Shown: positions 16,855-25,893 of the stretch, piece after piece | How positions within the stretch are numbered: position 1 is the stretch's first letter | Layout: each line of letters opens with the position of its first letter | Translations under genes and position numbers: made by a program | Notes under the pieces: model-generated | Seen by the model: the letters and a program-made list of their open reading frames with translations, nothing else | The model's database searches: none | What the model was told of the DNA's origin: nothing | From: Candidatus Bathyarchaeia archaeon | Lineage (GTDB): Archaea; Thermoproteota; Bathyarchaeia; Bathyarchaeales; Bathycorpusculaceae | Length of the DNA stretch: 28,096 nucleotides | Direction of reading: 5' to 3' | Assembly (NCBI GenBank): GCA_049969855.1 | Contig: JBMFOB010000017.1 | Span: 1 to 28,096, forward strand

Positions 16855-17058
16855 TTCAGCATCAGACCATTTCATTTTTAATGGGAATTTTAAAAGCGTA
16901 TTGAATGCCTTAAGCGTTTCCATGGTGAACATTTTAAGCAGATGCACACATCTTTTAATTGGGAACTTTCATGTTTCTAAAAGTTTAGGAAAGATTTAAT
17001 TATTAACTCACCGTTTTCTTACGGAAATATGGCAAATCCTGTCTCAGAGTGAGTGGAA

Positions 17059-17715
17059 ATGGTTAATGCTATAATTTTCGGTGCGCCAGGTTCTGGCAAG
17101 GGCACTTATGCTTCGCGGTTGCAGTCTAAGCTTGGCGTTGAAGTTATCGCCATGGGCGACATTTTCAGGGAAATTATGAAGGAAAACACGCCATTAGGTA
17201 GAAAAGTTAAGGGTTTTGTGGAGAAAGGTTTGCTTGTTCCAGACGATGTTGTGGTGGAAGTTCTAAAGCAGCACTTAGCAAAAATTCCACTTGACAAAGG
17301 TTTCATTTTGGATGGTTACCCACGCAATTTAGACCAAGCGAAATTTCTTGAAAACCTCGCCAAAATAGACGTAATCATCCAACTTACAGTGCCAGAATGG
17401 ATAATAGTTGAACGTTTATCAGCGCGGAGAATATGCAAAAACTGCGGCGCAGTTTACAATTTACGCTATCTAAAGCCGAAAGTGGATATGATATGCGACA
17501 AGTGTGGCGGACCCCTTTACCAACGCCCAGATGACACACCAGAAGTCATAAAGAAAAGAATCCAAGTTTACGAACAGCAAACTCAACCCATACTCGAATA
17601 TTACAGAAAAAAGGGCGTCCCATTTGTTGAATTCAAAACAGAATCCCTAGAAATGCCGCCAGAAGTAGCTGTTGAAGAAATTATTAAAGGCTTGAAAAAT
17701 TTAAAGTTAGCTTAG
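17059..17715 (+). CDS. adk: Adenylate kinase, long bacterial-type with zinc lid
   Basis: GAPGSGKGT, GDIFR, LDGYPR, lid CKNC...CDKC, QRPDD. Confidence 0.94.
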   Translation: MVNAIIFGAPGSGKGTYASRLQSKLGVEVIAMGDIFREIMKENTPLGRKVKGFVEKGLLVPDDVVVEVLKQHLAKIPLDKGFILDGYPRNLDQAKFLENLAKIDVIIQLTVPEWIIVERLSARRICKNCGAVYNLRYLKPKVDMICDKCGGPLYQRPDDTPEVIKKRIQVYEQQTQPILEYYRKKGVPFVEFKTESLEMPPEVAVEEIIKGLKNLKLA

Positions 17716-17720
17716 AACGT

Positions 17721-18158
17721 TTATATGTCAAGAATAAATTTTAACGTAACCCTTCTTGGCTTTTTTATAATTTCCATACGGTGATATGTGACGGCTTTCA
17801 CGCCAACTTTTTGCGGATGCCTTTTTGGATTAAATTTTTCTCCCCAAATTTCCGCTTTAAGCCTAAAACCGTTTGAAGTGCGGTTCAAGCTTGAAATTTT
17901 GAATTTTGAATATAGCATTTCTTCAATTTCGAATTTTACAAGCAAAGCCTCAAGCCAACTGTAGAGAAGCGCTTTCTCATCATCCGCTTCAACTTCAACT
18001 TCTTCCCTAATTTTAGGGTTAACCTTCTCCACCTCTGTCATCACGTCAAACATGGCAAGGGCAGCGTTCTCAAAGGCTTCTGCTAAATTTTTTCCATAAG
18101 CAGCAATGTAAGCGTCTGCCGTGTGCTCTAAAAACTTGTAGCCTCTTTCTTCAGTCAT
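17721..18158 (-). CDS. Archease
   Basis: FLEHTAD, VKAVTYH, C-terminal LDI. Confidence 0.96.
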   Translation of the reverse strand: MTEERGYKFLEHTADAYIAAYGKNLAEAFENAALAMFDVMTEVEKVNPKIREEVEVEADDEKALLYSWLEALLVKFEIEEMLYSKFKISSLNRTSNGFRLKAEIWGEKFNPKRHPQKVGVKAVTYHRMEIIKKPRRVTLKFILDI

Positions 18159-18285
18159 GACCTCAGCCGTTTAAATCATGAAGCACCTTGTTTTAAAACC
18201 ATTTTGTTTTTTACTTTTTTACATAAATGTTAAAGGCTTTAATCCTTTTACTTTCCGAACAGCAAACTTAAGGCGGCGGCGAAAC

Positions 18286-19233
18286 ATGATAAAGAAAGCA
18301 ACGGCTACTGTTATTTTTGCATATTTTGTTGTTGCTTTGATAATACTGCTAAGCGGATGCGTTCTTCCAAGAGAAAGTGAAATTCCAATTTTCATTTCAC
18401 TGTTATCTTTAATTCCTCTTTATTTTTGGAAGAAAAATTACGAGAAGAAATTGGAGCTTTCTAAAGAAATTAATGGAAGAAGTAAGAGTTCAGTTCTTTT
18501 TTGGGTTTTTACACTCTTCACTTTAGCCCTATTGGTGCGCATTCCTTCTGTGCTATTGCTTAATATGCCATATGAGAAGGCTCCATTAATTTACCTTTTA
18601 ACCTTAACAATCATCGTTATTGAAAGAACTGATGTTTCAGCCTTTGGTTTTAAAACACAAAATATGAGAAAAGCATTTTTCTATGGAATAGTCTTTTACA
18701 TAATTCTCGGCGGGATAACCTTACTCATTTTCTATCTCCTAATTTACTTCCTCAGCAATCAAATGCCAGTTTTATCATATGACATTTCACCATTCCTTTC
18801 ATCAATACCGTTCCAAACCTTGCTTGTCGGCATAAGCGAAGAAGGACTCTTCAGGGGCTACGTTCAAACGCACCTTCAAAAATTCTATGCTTTTAAGGCT
18901 GTTCTCATTCAAGCAGTTTTGTTTGGATTTTGGCATTTCGTTTGGAACCTTTCACCTTTTAACCCATTGGGCATGGCACAATACATGGCAACCACGTTTT
19001 TTATAGGCTTATTGTTTGGCTACTTTTACAGTAAAGCCAAGAACTTGATTCCATTAGTTTTAACTCATGGACTTTGGAACAGCTTTCCAACGGGGATTGT
19101 GGAAAATAGTGCAGCGCTGGAACTGCTTGAGCAAACTTCAATTTTAAACCAAATTTTGATGTGGCTTTTGCCATATGCAATAGCGGCGGTTGCGGCGTTT
19201 TTATTTATAAAATTTTTGGTAAAGGAAATTTAA
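18286..19233 (+). CDS. CPBP (CAAX/Abi) family intramembrane metalloprotease
   Basis: EEGLFRG, FGFWH, HGLWN; multiple TM helices. Confidence 0.92.
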   Translation: MIKKATATVIFAYFVVALIILLSGCVLPRESEIPIFISLLSLIPLYFWKKNYEKKLELSKEINGRSKSSVLFWVFTLFTLALLVRIPSVLLLNMPYEKAPLIYLLTLTIIVIERTDVSAFGFKTQNMRKAFFYGIVFYIILGGITLLIFYLLIYFLSNQMPVLSYDISPFLSSIPFQTLLVGISEEGLFRGYVQTHLQKFYAFKAVLIQAVLFGFWHFVWNLSPFNPLGMAQYMATTFFIGLLFGYFYSKAKNLIPLVLTHGLWNSFPTGIVENSAALELLEQTSILNQILMWLLPYAIAAVAAFLFIKFLVKEI

Positions 19234-19677
19234 TGTTCACTAAGCTTCAATAAAATTGCAATAACGTTCCTTACGAAGTTGGCACATTTTTCTTCAAAAA
19301 CCCTTCTTTACGAGCCTCATCCAACTCTTTAGGGTTTGAAAGGTTATATCCAATGAGTTCTCGGCATAAGACGCTTCCATGCTGCCATTCGAATTGTTTG
19401 TAAAATTCTTGCGCTTTTTGTAGGCTTCCAAGTGTTTCTCCAATGATGGTTCATTAGTTCCATACTTGATTCCTAAAGCCATAACGCCGCCAGTTAAGGC
19501 TCCACAAACAGACCCACATCTTCCTATTCCTCCACCAAAAGCCGTTGCTATTTTTGGAATCAACTCGTTTTCTCCATTCCAATATTCAAACATGGTTAAT
19601 AGGACGCTTTGGGCGCAGTTATAGTCTTCAAGGAAACTTTTCACTGCCTTTTCGCAGAGCAAATTTTTCTGCTGCAT
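19230..19677 (-). pseudogene. C_GCAxxG_C_C family putative redox protein with two apparent -1 frameshifts (pseudogene or sequencing error)
   Basis: YNCAQSV, FGGG, CGALTGG in the first frame; GSVLCRELIG in the next frame; EKCANFVRNV..SEH* in the third. Confidence 0.8.
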
Positions 19678-19724
19678 AATTTTCTATACCTACTTGCTCT
19701 TGAGAAGAAAAATTGAGGATGAAG

Positions 19725-20768
19725 TTAGAAGTGTTTTGAAATTTTTTGAAGAACCGCAACTGTCAGTTTTGCAGTGTACTCTGCATCTTTCAAACTAAGC
19801 AATGATGCTGGGCTGTGAATGTAACGTGTCGGCACCGATATGACGCCACTTGGCACTCCTTCTCTTGTTAATGATATGCGGGCTGCGTCTGTTGAGCCTG
19901 GCAAGCCAGTTTCAAGTTGATATGGAATCTTGTTTTCTTCAGCCACATCAATTAGTAATCGTAAAACTTTCGGATGCGTAATCAAACCCATATCCGCAAC
20001 TTCTATGGATGGACCTTTCCTAAGCTTTATTGGCGCTTCAACTTCCCTTACTCCTGGCACGTCTCCAGCGACAGTTACGTCGAGGGCTATGCCAACGTCT
20101 GGATAGATTCCGAAGGCGGCTGTTGTGGCGCCTCTTAAGCCGACTTCTTCTTGCACTGTTCCTACGGCGTATACTGTGCATTCAGTCTTTTCTAGGCTTT
20201 TCATTGTTTCAATCATTACGGCGCATCCGGCACGGTCGTCAAAGGCTTTGCCGATAACTATGTCTTTTCCTACTTTTGCGAATTTTATGTCAAAGCCTAT
20301 TGGGTCTCCGATTTTTACTCCCATTTTTTTGGCTTGTTCCTCATTTTCGGCTCCTATGTCTATGAAGAGTTCGTCGTAGGTTAGGACTTTTTTGCGTTCT
20401 TCTTCTTTTTGGATGTGGGGAGGCTTTGAACCAATTATTCCATGTAAGGGTCCTTTTTCCGTGTAAACCATTACTTTTTGGGCTAATAGGATGCGGTCGT
20501 CTATTCCCCCTATCTTTGTAAATTGCAAATAGCCATCTTTCGAAATTGTTTTCACCAGCAAGCCTATTTCGTCCATGTGGGCTGCAAGCATAACCTTTGG
20601 CGCATTTTTCTTACCCTTTTTCACTCCAATTACGTTTCCAAGCTTGTCCTCCCTCACCTCATCTACGTATGGTTTTAGTAAAGTCTTCATCAAACTTCTA
20701 ACTTCATCTTCTCTGCCGGCAACGCCACAGGCGTTGGACAGCTTTTCCAAGGTTTCGGCAAGCATCAT
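19725..20768 (-). CDS. M42 family aminopeptidase (TET-like)
   Basis: AAHMDEIG, GKAFDDRAG, VQEEVGLRGA, DVT, GSTDA, RYIHSP. Confidence 0.95.
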   Translation of the reverse strand: MMLAETLEKLSNACGVAGREDEVRSLMKTLLKPYVDEVREDKLGNVIGVKKGKKNAPKVMLAAHMDEIGLLVKTISKDGYLQFTKIGGIDDRILLAQKVMVYTEKGPLHGIIGSKPPHIQKEEERKKVLTYDELFIDIGAENEEQAKKMGVKIGDPIGFDIKFAKVGKDIVIGKAFDDRAGCAVMIETMKSLEKTECTVYAVGTVQEEVGLRGATTAAFGIYPDVGIALDVTVAGDVPGVREVEAPIKLRKGPSIEVADMGLITHPKVLRLLIDVAEENKIPYQLETGLPGSTDAARISLTREGVPSGVISVPTRYIHSPASLLSLKDAEYTAKLTVAVLQKISKHF

Positions 20769-20889
20769 TTAATTTCACCTTTAGAGTTTAGCTAAGATTC
20801 TAAAACTTTATATTAAACAATTGTGGTATAAAGAACCGAGTTTAAACATGGGCAATGTTTCGCCATTTTCAAGGGTGAAGAGATAACAT

Positions 20890-21495
20890 TTGAGTAAAAT
20901 TTTCAAGAGGCTCTACGAGAAGGTTAGAGTCTACCTCCGTATTACGAAGGCAAGTGGCATAGCTAGAAGATATTTTGTAATGAATGGTTTTGACGGAGCC
21001 ATGACAGCCTCTGGAATAGTTTTGGGTTCATGGATAGCTAACGTTTCAAAACCTGAAATAATTTTGCTTGCGGGTTTGGGAGCAAGCCTTGCCATGGGCT
21101 TTTCAGGCTTTTTCGGAGCTTTTATGGCTGAAAATGCTGAAAGAAGACGCCACTTGCGAGAAATGGAGGATGCAACAAAAAATAGGGTTGACCCTATACA
21201 TTATGAAGCGGCACGTTTCGTCACGTTCTATGTAGCCTTAATCGACGGATTATCGCCAGCATTAACGGCAACTATTTCGCTTATGCCCTTCATTTTCGCT
21301 ATAGCTGGATTAACATCCATATCTAACGCTTACATGATTTCCCTAGCATTATCGCTAATCACGCTTTTTTTGTTGGGTGTATATCTTGGAAAGGTGGCAA
21401 AAGAAAACGGTTGGCTATATGGCGTAGCAATGCTAGTAGTAGGCGCATTCACAGCACTAATAATCTTTCTCATTCAATTGTTCGCATCGTTTTAA
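20890..21495 (+). CDS. VIT1/CCC1 family membrane transporter
   Basis: RRYFVMNGFDG, AMGFSGFFGAFMAE.AE; about 5 TM helices. Confidence 0.87.
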   Translation: MSKIFKRLYEKVRVYLRITKASGIARRYFVMNGFDGAMTASGIVLGSWIANVSKPEIILLAGLGASLAMGFSGFFGAFMAENAERRRHLREMEDATKNRVDPIHYEAARFVTFYVALIDGLSPALTATISLMPFIFAIAGLTSISNAYMISLALSLITLFLLGVYLGKVAKENGWLYGVAMLVVGAFTALIIFLIQLFASF

Positions 21496-21550
21496 AACTT
21501 ATAAACCACAAGCAGCGTTTATTCTTTTTCAATTTGTTGAGAGTGATGAC

Positions 21551-22276
21551 GTGCGAAAAAGTTTACAATTAAGCCTTGCCTCAGTATTTGCAGCTTTACA
21601 TGCTGTCCTCTATTTCATATCCTTCGGGTTGTGGCGAAACTGGGGAATCTATTTAGAATCAATAGAAGGAATAATTTTAGGTCCAGAAGTAGGGTTTATG
21701 GCTGCATTAATTGGCTCTTCAATTGCGCGGATGATTAAGCCAGATGATTTTTGGATGTTTGGCATAATAGCCGAACCAATAAGCGTCCTAGTTGCTGGTT
21801 TACTAGCTAAAACAAAATGGAAACCAGTTTTAGGATTATACTCAATAACTTTGTCAGCCTATTTTATGCATCCTTATGGGAACCCTTTTGGGCAAGGTCT
21901 TCCACTATGGACAATTCTTGACGTGATCGCTGCGTTTTTCCTCATTTATCCAGCAGCCAAGTTCGGCGGAAATTTGTTTGATATGAATTTTAAGCGTCTG
22001 CCCATTAAGTTAGTCTTGATTTCTTTTGTTTGCATAGCCACGGATTCGCTTGTTAGAATTTTCCTTCTGGTTCCATGCGGATTATACACCTTGTTTACTT
22101 ATTTTAGCACCTTTGAAGCTCTTTACGGTGTTTTTGTCGAAGCCGCAGTTGCTTCTTACATTGAAGATTTGATTGTGGTTTTAGTTTCGTTTGTTGTAGG
22201 TGTGCCTTTGCTGATAAGTGTGTTAAAGTTAAAGTTGTTGGAAGGAGAAACCAAAAAGAAAAATGAGGCATGCTAA
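21551..22276 (+). CDS. Membrane protein, possibly an ECF transporter S-component
   Basis: Multiple TM helices; N-terminal ASVFAAL and GIILGP..GFMAALIG pattern. Confidence 0.7.
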   Translation: MRKSLQLSLASVFAALHAVLYFISFGLWRNWGIYLESIEGIILGPEVGFMAALIGSSIARMIKPDDFWMFGIIAEPISVLVAGLLAKTKWKPVLGLYSITLSAYFMHPYGNPFGQGLPLWTILDVIAAFFLIYPAAKFGGNLFDMNFKRLPIKLVLISFVCIATDSLVRIFLLVPCGLYTLFTYFSTFEALYGVFVEAAVASYIEDLIVVLVSFVVGVPLLISVLKLKLLEGETKKKNEAC

Positions 22277-22281
22277 GTAAT

Positions 22282-22500
22282 TTACTGCGTTGGCGATGGT
22301 GCTGGTTGTTGTCTTCGAAGTTCTAAGTATTCCGTCAGCAGCAGAACTCCTTCTATTATTAGGAAAATGCCTATTATGATTCCAATAAGGGCTGGTATGA
22401 CTATTACGAGGATGCCGAAGATTATGCATAGAATAGCCAGAACAGGCTTAGAAACTGTAATGCCAATTTTCTTCAATCCTTTCTCTACAACTTCTGTCAT
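22282..22500 (-). CDS. Small hydrophobic membrane protein (72 aa)
   Basis: Two TM helices; ATG with GAGGA upstream. Confidence 0.78.
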   Translation of the reverse strand: MTEVVEKGLKKIGITVSKPVLAILCIIFGILVIVIPALIGIIIGIFLIIEGVLLLTEYLELRRQQPAPSPTQ

Positions 22501-22623
22501 TTTATGTCCATCCTCTTACACATAGGTTAGCCAAGTTAATATTTAAGGCATTCGCAATCTATGCCCAAACAATGGCAATTTTTAAACGTTAAAACAATAA
22601 TAATAGGCTAAAGAGGTTTAACA

Positions 22624-23589
22624 TTGCCAGAACAACAATTTAAAAAAGTGTTTATTTTTCTGGACACGGACAAGCATGCAAGCCCCTTTGACATATTAAC
22701 AACCATAGACATTTTCCCAGAAGCCCAAATATTGAAATATGAAGATGTAACAGTGGAAGATGCTGAAAAAATAGTTTATGACGCCATGTTTCCAAGAGGC
22801 CCGGAAGGCGCAAAACACACGAAAATTTTCATTAACGGACGAGACTTTAAACGAGTAAACGAAATTTTGGAAAGAGCCAAAAAATGCATGTTCCTACCCT
22901 TTGAACTTTCAATAATAGTTGACCCAAGAGGAGCCTACACAACAGCAAGCGCAGCTGTTGCAAAAACCATGGAACTTTCAATGGAGAAAGGGTTTGGCGG
23001 ATTAGAAAATAAGACTGTTGCAGTGTTGGCTGGAACCGGGCCTGTTGGACAAACTGCTGCAAGACTCTACGCTTCTGAAAAGGCTAAGGTGATCATTACT
23101 TCCCGCGACCTTCAAAAGGCATCATCCCTAGCAACAAAGATAAATGAAGAGTTTGGAGAAGAAAAAGTTCAAGGCATGGAAGCGCAAACCCCAGACGAAA
23201 TTGGAAAAGCCATCCAAAACGCAGAAATAGTTCTCTCCGCAGGAGCTGCTGGAACCCAGCTTCTTCCATTGGATGTGCTTAAAGGATATGGAAAAAACTG
23301 TAAAATTGTAGCTGACATCAACGCCATTCCACCATTAGGTGTTGAGGGATTAAAATCGAAAGCTGAAGGCGAAGAAATCCTACCAAAAATTTTTGGAATA
23401 GGCGCATTAGCCATAGGGAAACTCAAAAACAAAATTGAAATCGAACTAATCAAAAAGGCTACTGAAGAGCCAAAGGGAATATTCGACTACAAGACAGCCT
23501 ATGAAATAGCCAAAAAAATAATATCCAAAAAGATTGAAGAGAAAAAAACGTTCAAAACAGAAGCAGAAAAACAATGGCTACCATCCTAA
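22624..23589 (+). CDS. NAD(P)-dependent methylene-tetrahydromethanopterin dehydrogenase (MtdA/B/C family)
   Basis: DTDKHASPFD, FPRG, DPRGAYTT, Rossmann VLAGTGPVG, ADINAIPPLG, GALAIGKLK; 28 nt upstream of ftr. Confidence 0.88.
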   Translation: MPEQQFKKVFIFLDTDKHASPFDILTTIDIFPEAQILKYEDVTVEDAEKIVYDAMFPRGPEGAKHTKIFINGRDFKRVNEILERAKKCMFLPFELSIIVDPRGAYTTASAAVAKTMELSMEKGFGGLENKTVAVLAGTGPVGQTAARLYASEKAKVIITSRDLQKASSLATKINEEFGEEKVQGMEAQTPDEIGKAIQNAEIVLSAGAAGTQLLPLDVLKGYGKNCKIVADINAIPPLGVEGLKSKAEGEEILPKIFGIGALAIGKLKNKIEIELIKKATEEPKGIFDYKTAYEIAKKIISKKIEEKKTFKTEAEKQWLPS

Positions 23590-23617
23590 AAGACGATTAT
23601 AAACTTAGAGGGATTCC

Positions 23618-24550
23618 ATGAACGAAAAAACATTCCCCTACAAAACAGAAAACGGAAACATCACCGAAATTGTAGACACCTTCGCCGAAATGTTTCCAAT
23701 GTGGGCTGGAAGAGTGCTTATTACGGCTGACAGCGAAAAATGGGCTTTAACAGCAGCTTCCATCGCCACCGGACTCGCAACAAGCGTCATTATGTCGCCT
23801 GCCGAAGCTGGAATAGAAAGCACAGTGCCACCTGAAAAAACTCCCGACAATCGAGTTGGCGTTTTAATACAAATATATAATCGCAGCAGGTTTGAATTGA
23901 AAAATCAAATGATACTACGCATAGGACAATGCATAATGACTTGTCCAACAACATCCGCTTTTGACGCCATGCCAAACGCAAAAAGAAGATTAAAGGTTGG
24001 CAGAAGCATAAGATTGTTCGGCGACGGATTCCAAAAGAAAGGAATTGTTGGGAACAGGAAGGGTTGGAAGATTCCCGTCATGGAAGGCAGCTTCTTCGTT
24101 GAAGACTCCTTCGGTGCAGCAGAAGCCATAGCTGGAGGAAACTTCCTAATCTTAGCCAAAGACAAACTTTCGGGACTTAAGGCAGCAGAGGAAGCAGTGG
24201 AAGCCATAAAAAACAAGGCAAGCGAAGTTATACTGCCATTCCCGGGGGGAATTTGCCGTTCAGGTTCCAAGGCTGGTTCATTAAAGTATAAACTTAAGGC
24301 TTCGACAAACCATCCATTTTGTCCAGGATTAAAAGCCTTAGTGCAAGATTCGCAAGTGCCGGAAAACGTGAACTGCGTCTATGAAATAGTCATTAATGGC
24401 TTGACCATTGAAGCTATTAAGAAGGCTATGGGCGAAGGCATAAGGGCTGCTGCAAGCGTTCCTGGCGTGGTTAGAATTTCGGCTGGAAATTATGGTGGAA
24501 AATTGGGTCCATACAAGGCATTTTTAAAAGAAGTTATCGGGGCAACATAA
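23618..24550 (+). CDS. ftr: Formylmethanofuran:tetrahydromethanopterin N-formyltransferase
   Basis: DTFAE, RIGQCIMTCPT, IPVMEG, AGGN, PFPGG..RSGSK, STN..FCP.LK, SAGNYGGKLG. Confidence 0.96.
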   Translation: MNEKTFPYKTENGNITEIVDTFAEMFPMWAGRVLITADSEKWALTAASIATGLATSVIMSPAEAGIESTVPPEKTPDNRVGVLIQIYNRSRFELKNQMILRIGQCIMTCPTTSAFDAMPNAKRRLKVGRSIRLFGDGFQKKGIVGNRKGWKIPVMEGSFFVEDSFGAAEAIAGGNFLILAKDKLSGLKAAEEAVEAIKNKASEVILPFPGGICRSGSKAGSLKYKLKASTNHPFCPGLKALVQDSQVPENVNCVYEIVINGLTIEAIKKAMGEGIRAAASVPGVVRISAGNYGGKLGPYKAFLKEVIGAT

Positions 24551-24617
24551 TTTAATCCTAAACTCTTATTTAATGCAACGTCAGTAGCTTTACGGCTAAA
24601 CCCACAGTGAAAACAAA

Positions 24618-25883
24618 TTGAGCAGCAAAAAAAGAACATCCCTTGAACTGTTCAGATTAAAAAAGACATTGAACATGCTAGCCAACAAAGAGGGACGGGG
24701 AACAGAGCTTATTTCGCTTTATGTTCCGCCTGGAAAACAAATAAGCGAAGTCATGAACATGCTAAGAGACGAATACGGCACAGCGTCAAACATAAAATCC
24801 ACAACAACCCGCAAAAACGTTCAAGACGCCATCGTGAAAACCCAACAACGCCTAAAACTATTCAAGGAAACTCCAGAAAATGGACTTGTAATTTTCTGCG
24901 GCGCAGTTCCCCAAAACGGAGCCGGAAGCGAGAGAATCGAAACTTACGTGATTATACCGCCGGAGCCCATAAACATTTACCTTTACAGATGCGATTCGCG
25001 TTTTCACACTGAGCATTTGCAAGAGCTATTAAGGGAAAAGGAATGTTATGGAATACTTCTCATAGACTCTTCAGCCGCCACTCTCGCCACTCTTCAAGGT
25101 AGAAGACTTGAAATTGTTAGGCAAATAACGTCTGGCGTGCCTGGAAAAACCCGTGCTGGAGGACAATCAGCCAGAAGATTTGAACGCCTAAGAGAAATGC
25201 GACTTCAAGAATATTTTAGGCGGGTGGGCGAACATGCAAACGAGACATTTCTGCCAATTGAAAACTTGAAAGGTTTGATAATTGCTGGACCAGGACCAAC
25301 AAAATACGACTTCGAAAAAGGCGACTATCTAAATTATATGTTAAAAGAGAAGGTTTTGGACACTGTTGACACGGCTTATGTGGATGAGCAGGGCGTAAAG
25401 GAAGTTGTGGATAAGGCTCCGGAAATAATGCGGAAAGTGCGTTACATAGAAGAAAAACAAGTAATGCAACAGTTTCTATACGAGATTGGACACGACACTG
25501 GAATGGCAACCTACGGCGAACAAGAAGTTAGGAAGGCTTTAGAAGTTGGCGCCGTCAGAACTTTGCTTCTTTCTGAAGGATTGGACATAGTGAGAGTTAA
25601 GGTGAAATGCAATGCTTGCGGTTATGAAGAAGAACAAACAATGAAAAGCCAAATGCTGACAAGTTTTGAGCAGAACCTTTATGGAAAACCATGTCCAAAA
25701 TGCAAATCTCCAGCCCTACAAATAATGGAAACACAGGAGCTTATAGAAAATTTCGCTCAACTGGCGGAATACACGAACACTGAAGTTGAAATGATATCCG
25801 GCGAGACGGAAGAGGGACAAATGCTTAAGAATTCCTTTGGCGGAATAGCAGCAATCCTTCGGTTCAAACTGCAAAACGAGTAG
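24618..25883 (+). CDS. prf1: Peptide chain release factor aRF1
   Basis: GTELISLY, TASNIKS, YRCDSRF, GGQS; Zn-type minidomain CNAC...CPKC. Confidence 0.97.
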   Translation: MSSKKRTSLELFRLKKTLNMLANKEGRGTELISLYVPPGKQISEVMNMLRDEYGTASNIKSTTTRKNVQDAIVKTQQRLKLFKETPENGLVIFCGAVPQNGAGSERIETYVIIPPEPINIYLYRCDSRFHTEHLQELLREKECYGILLIDSSAATLATLQGRRLEIVRQITSGVPGKTRAGGQSARRFERLREMRLQEYFRRVGEHANETFLPIENLKGLIIAGPGPTKYDFEKGDYLNYMLKEKVLDTVDTAYVDEQGVKEVVDKAPEIMRKVRYIEEKQVMQQFLYEIGHDTGMATYGEQEVRKALEVGAVRTLLLSEGLDIVRVKVKCNACGYEEEQTMKSQMLTSFEQNLYGKPCPKCKSPALQIMETQELIENFAQLAEYTNTEVEMISGETEEGQMLKNSFGGIAAILRFKLQNE

Positions 25884-25893
25884 GTGCCACGTT

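Noticed and set aside
16873-16970. Imperfect direct repeat TTTTAA(T)TGGGAA between the MBL gene and adk
   Set aside because: Short, AT-rich and inexact; insufficient to call an operator.
11709-25883. Selenocysteine/pyrrolysine recoding or inteins in thioredoxin, RtcB, Ftr or aRF1
   Set aside because: Proteins have normal lengths with intact motifs and no in-frame stops at conserved positions.
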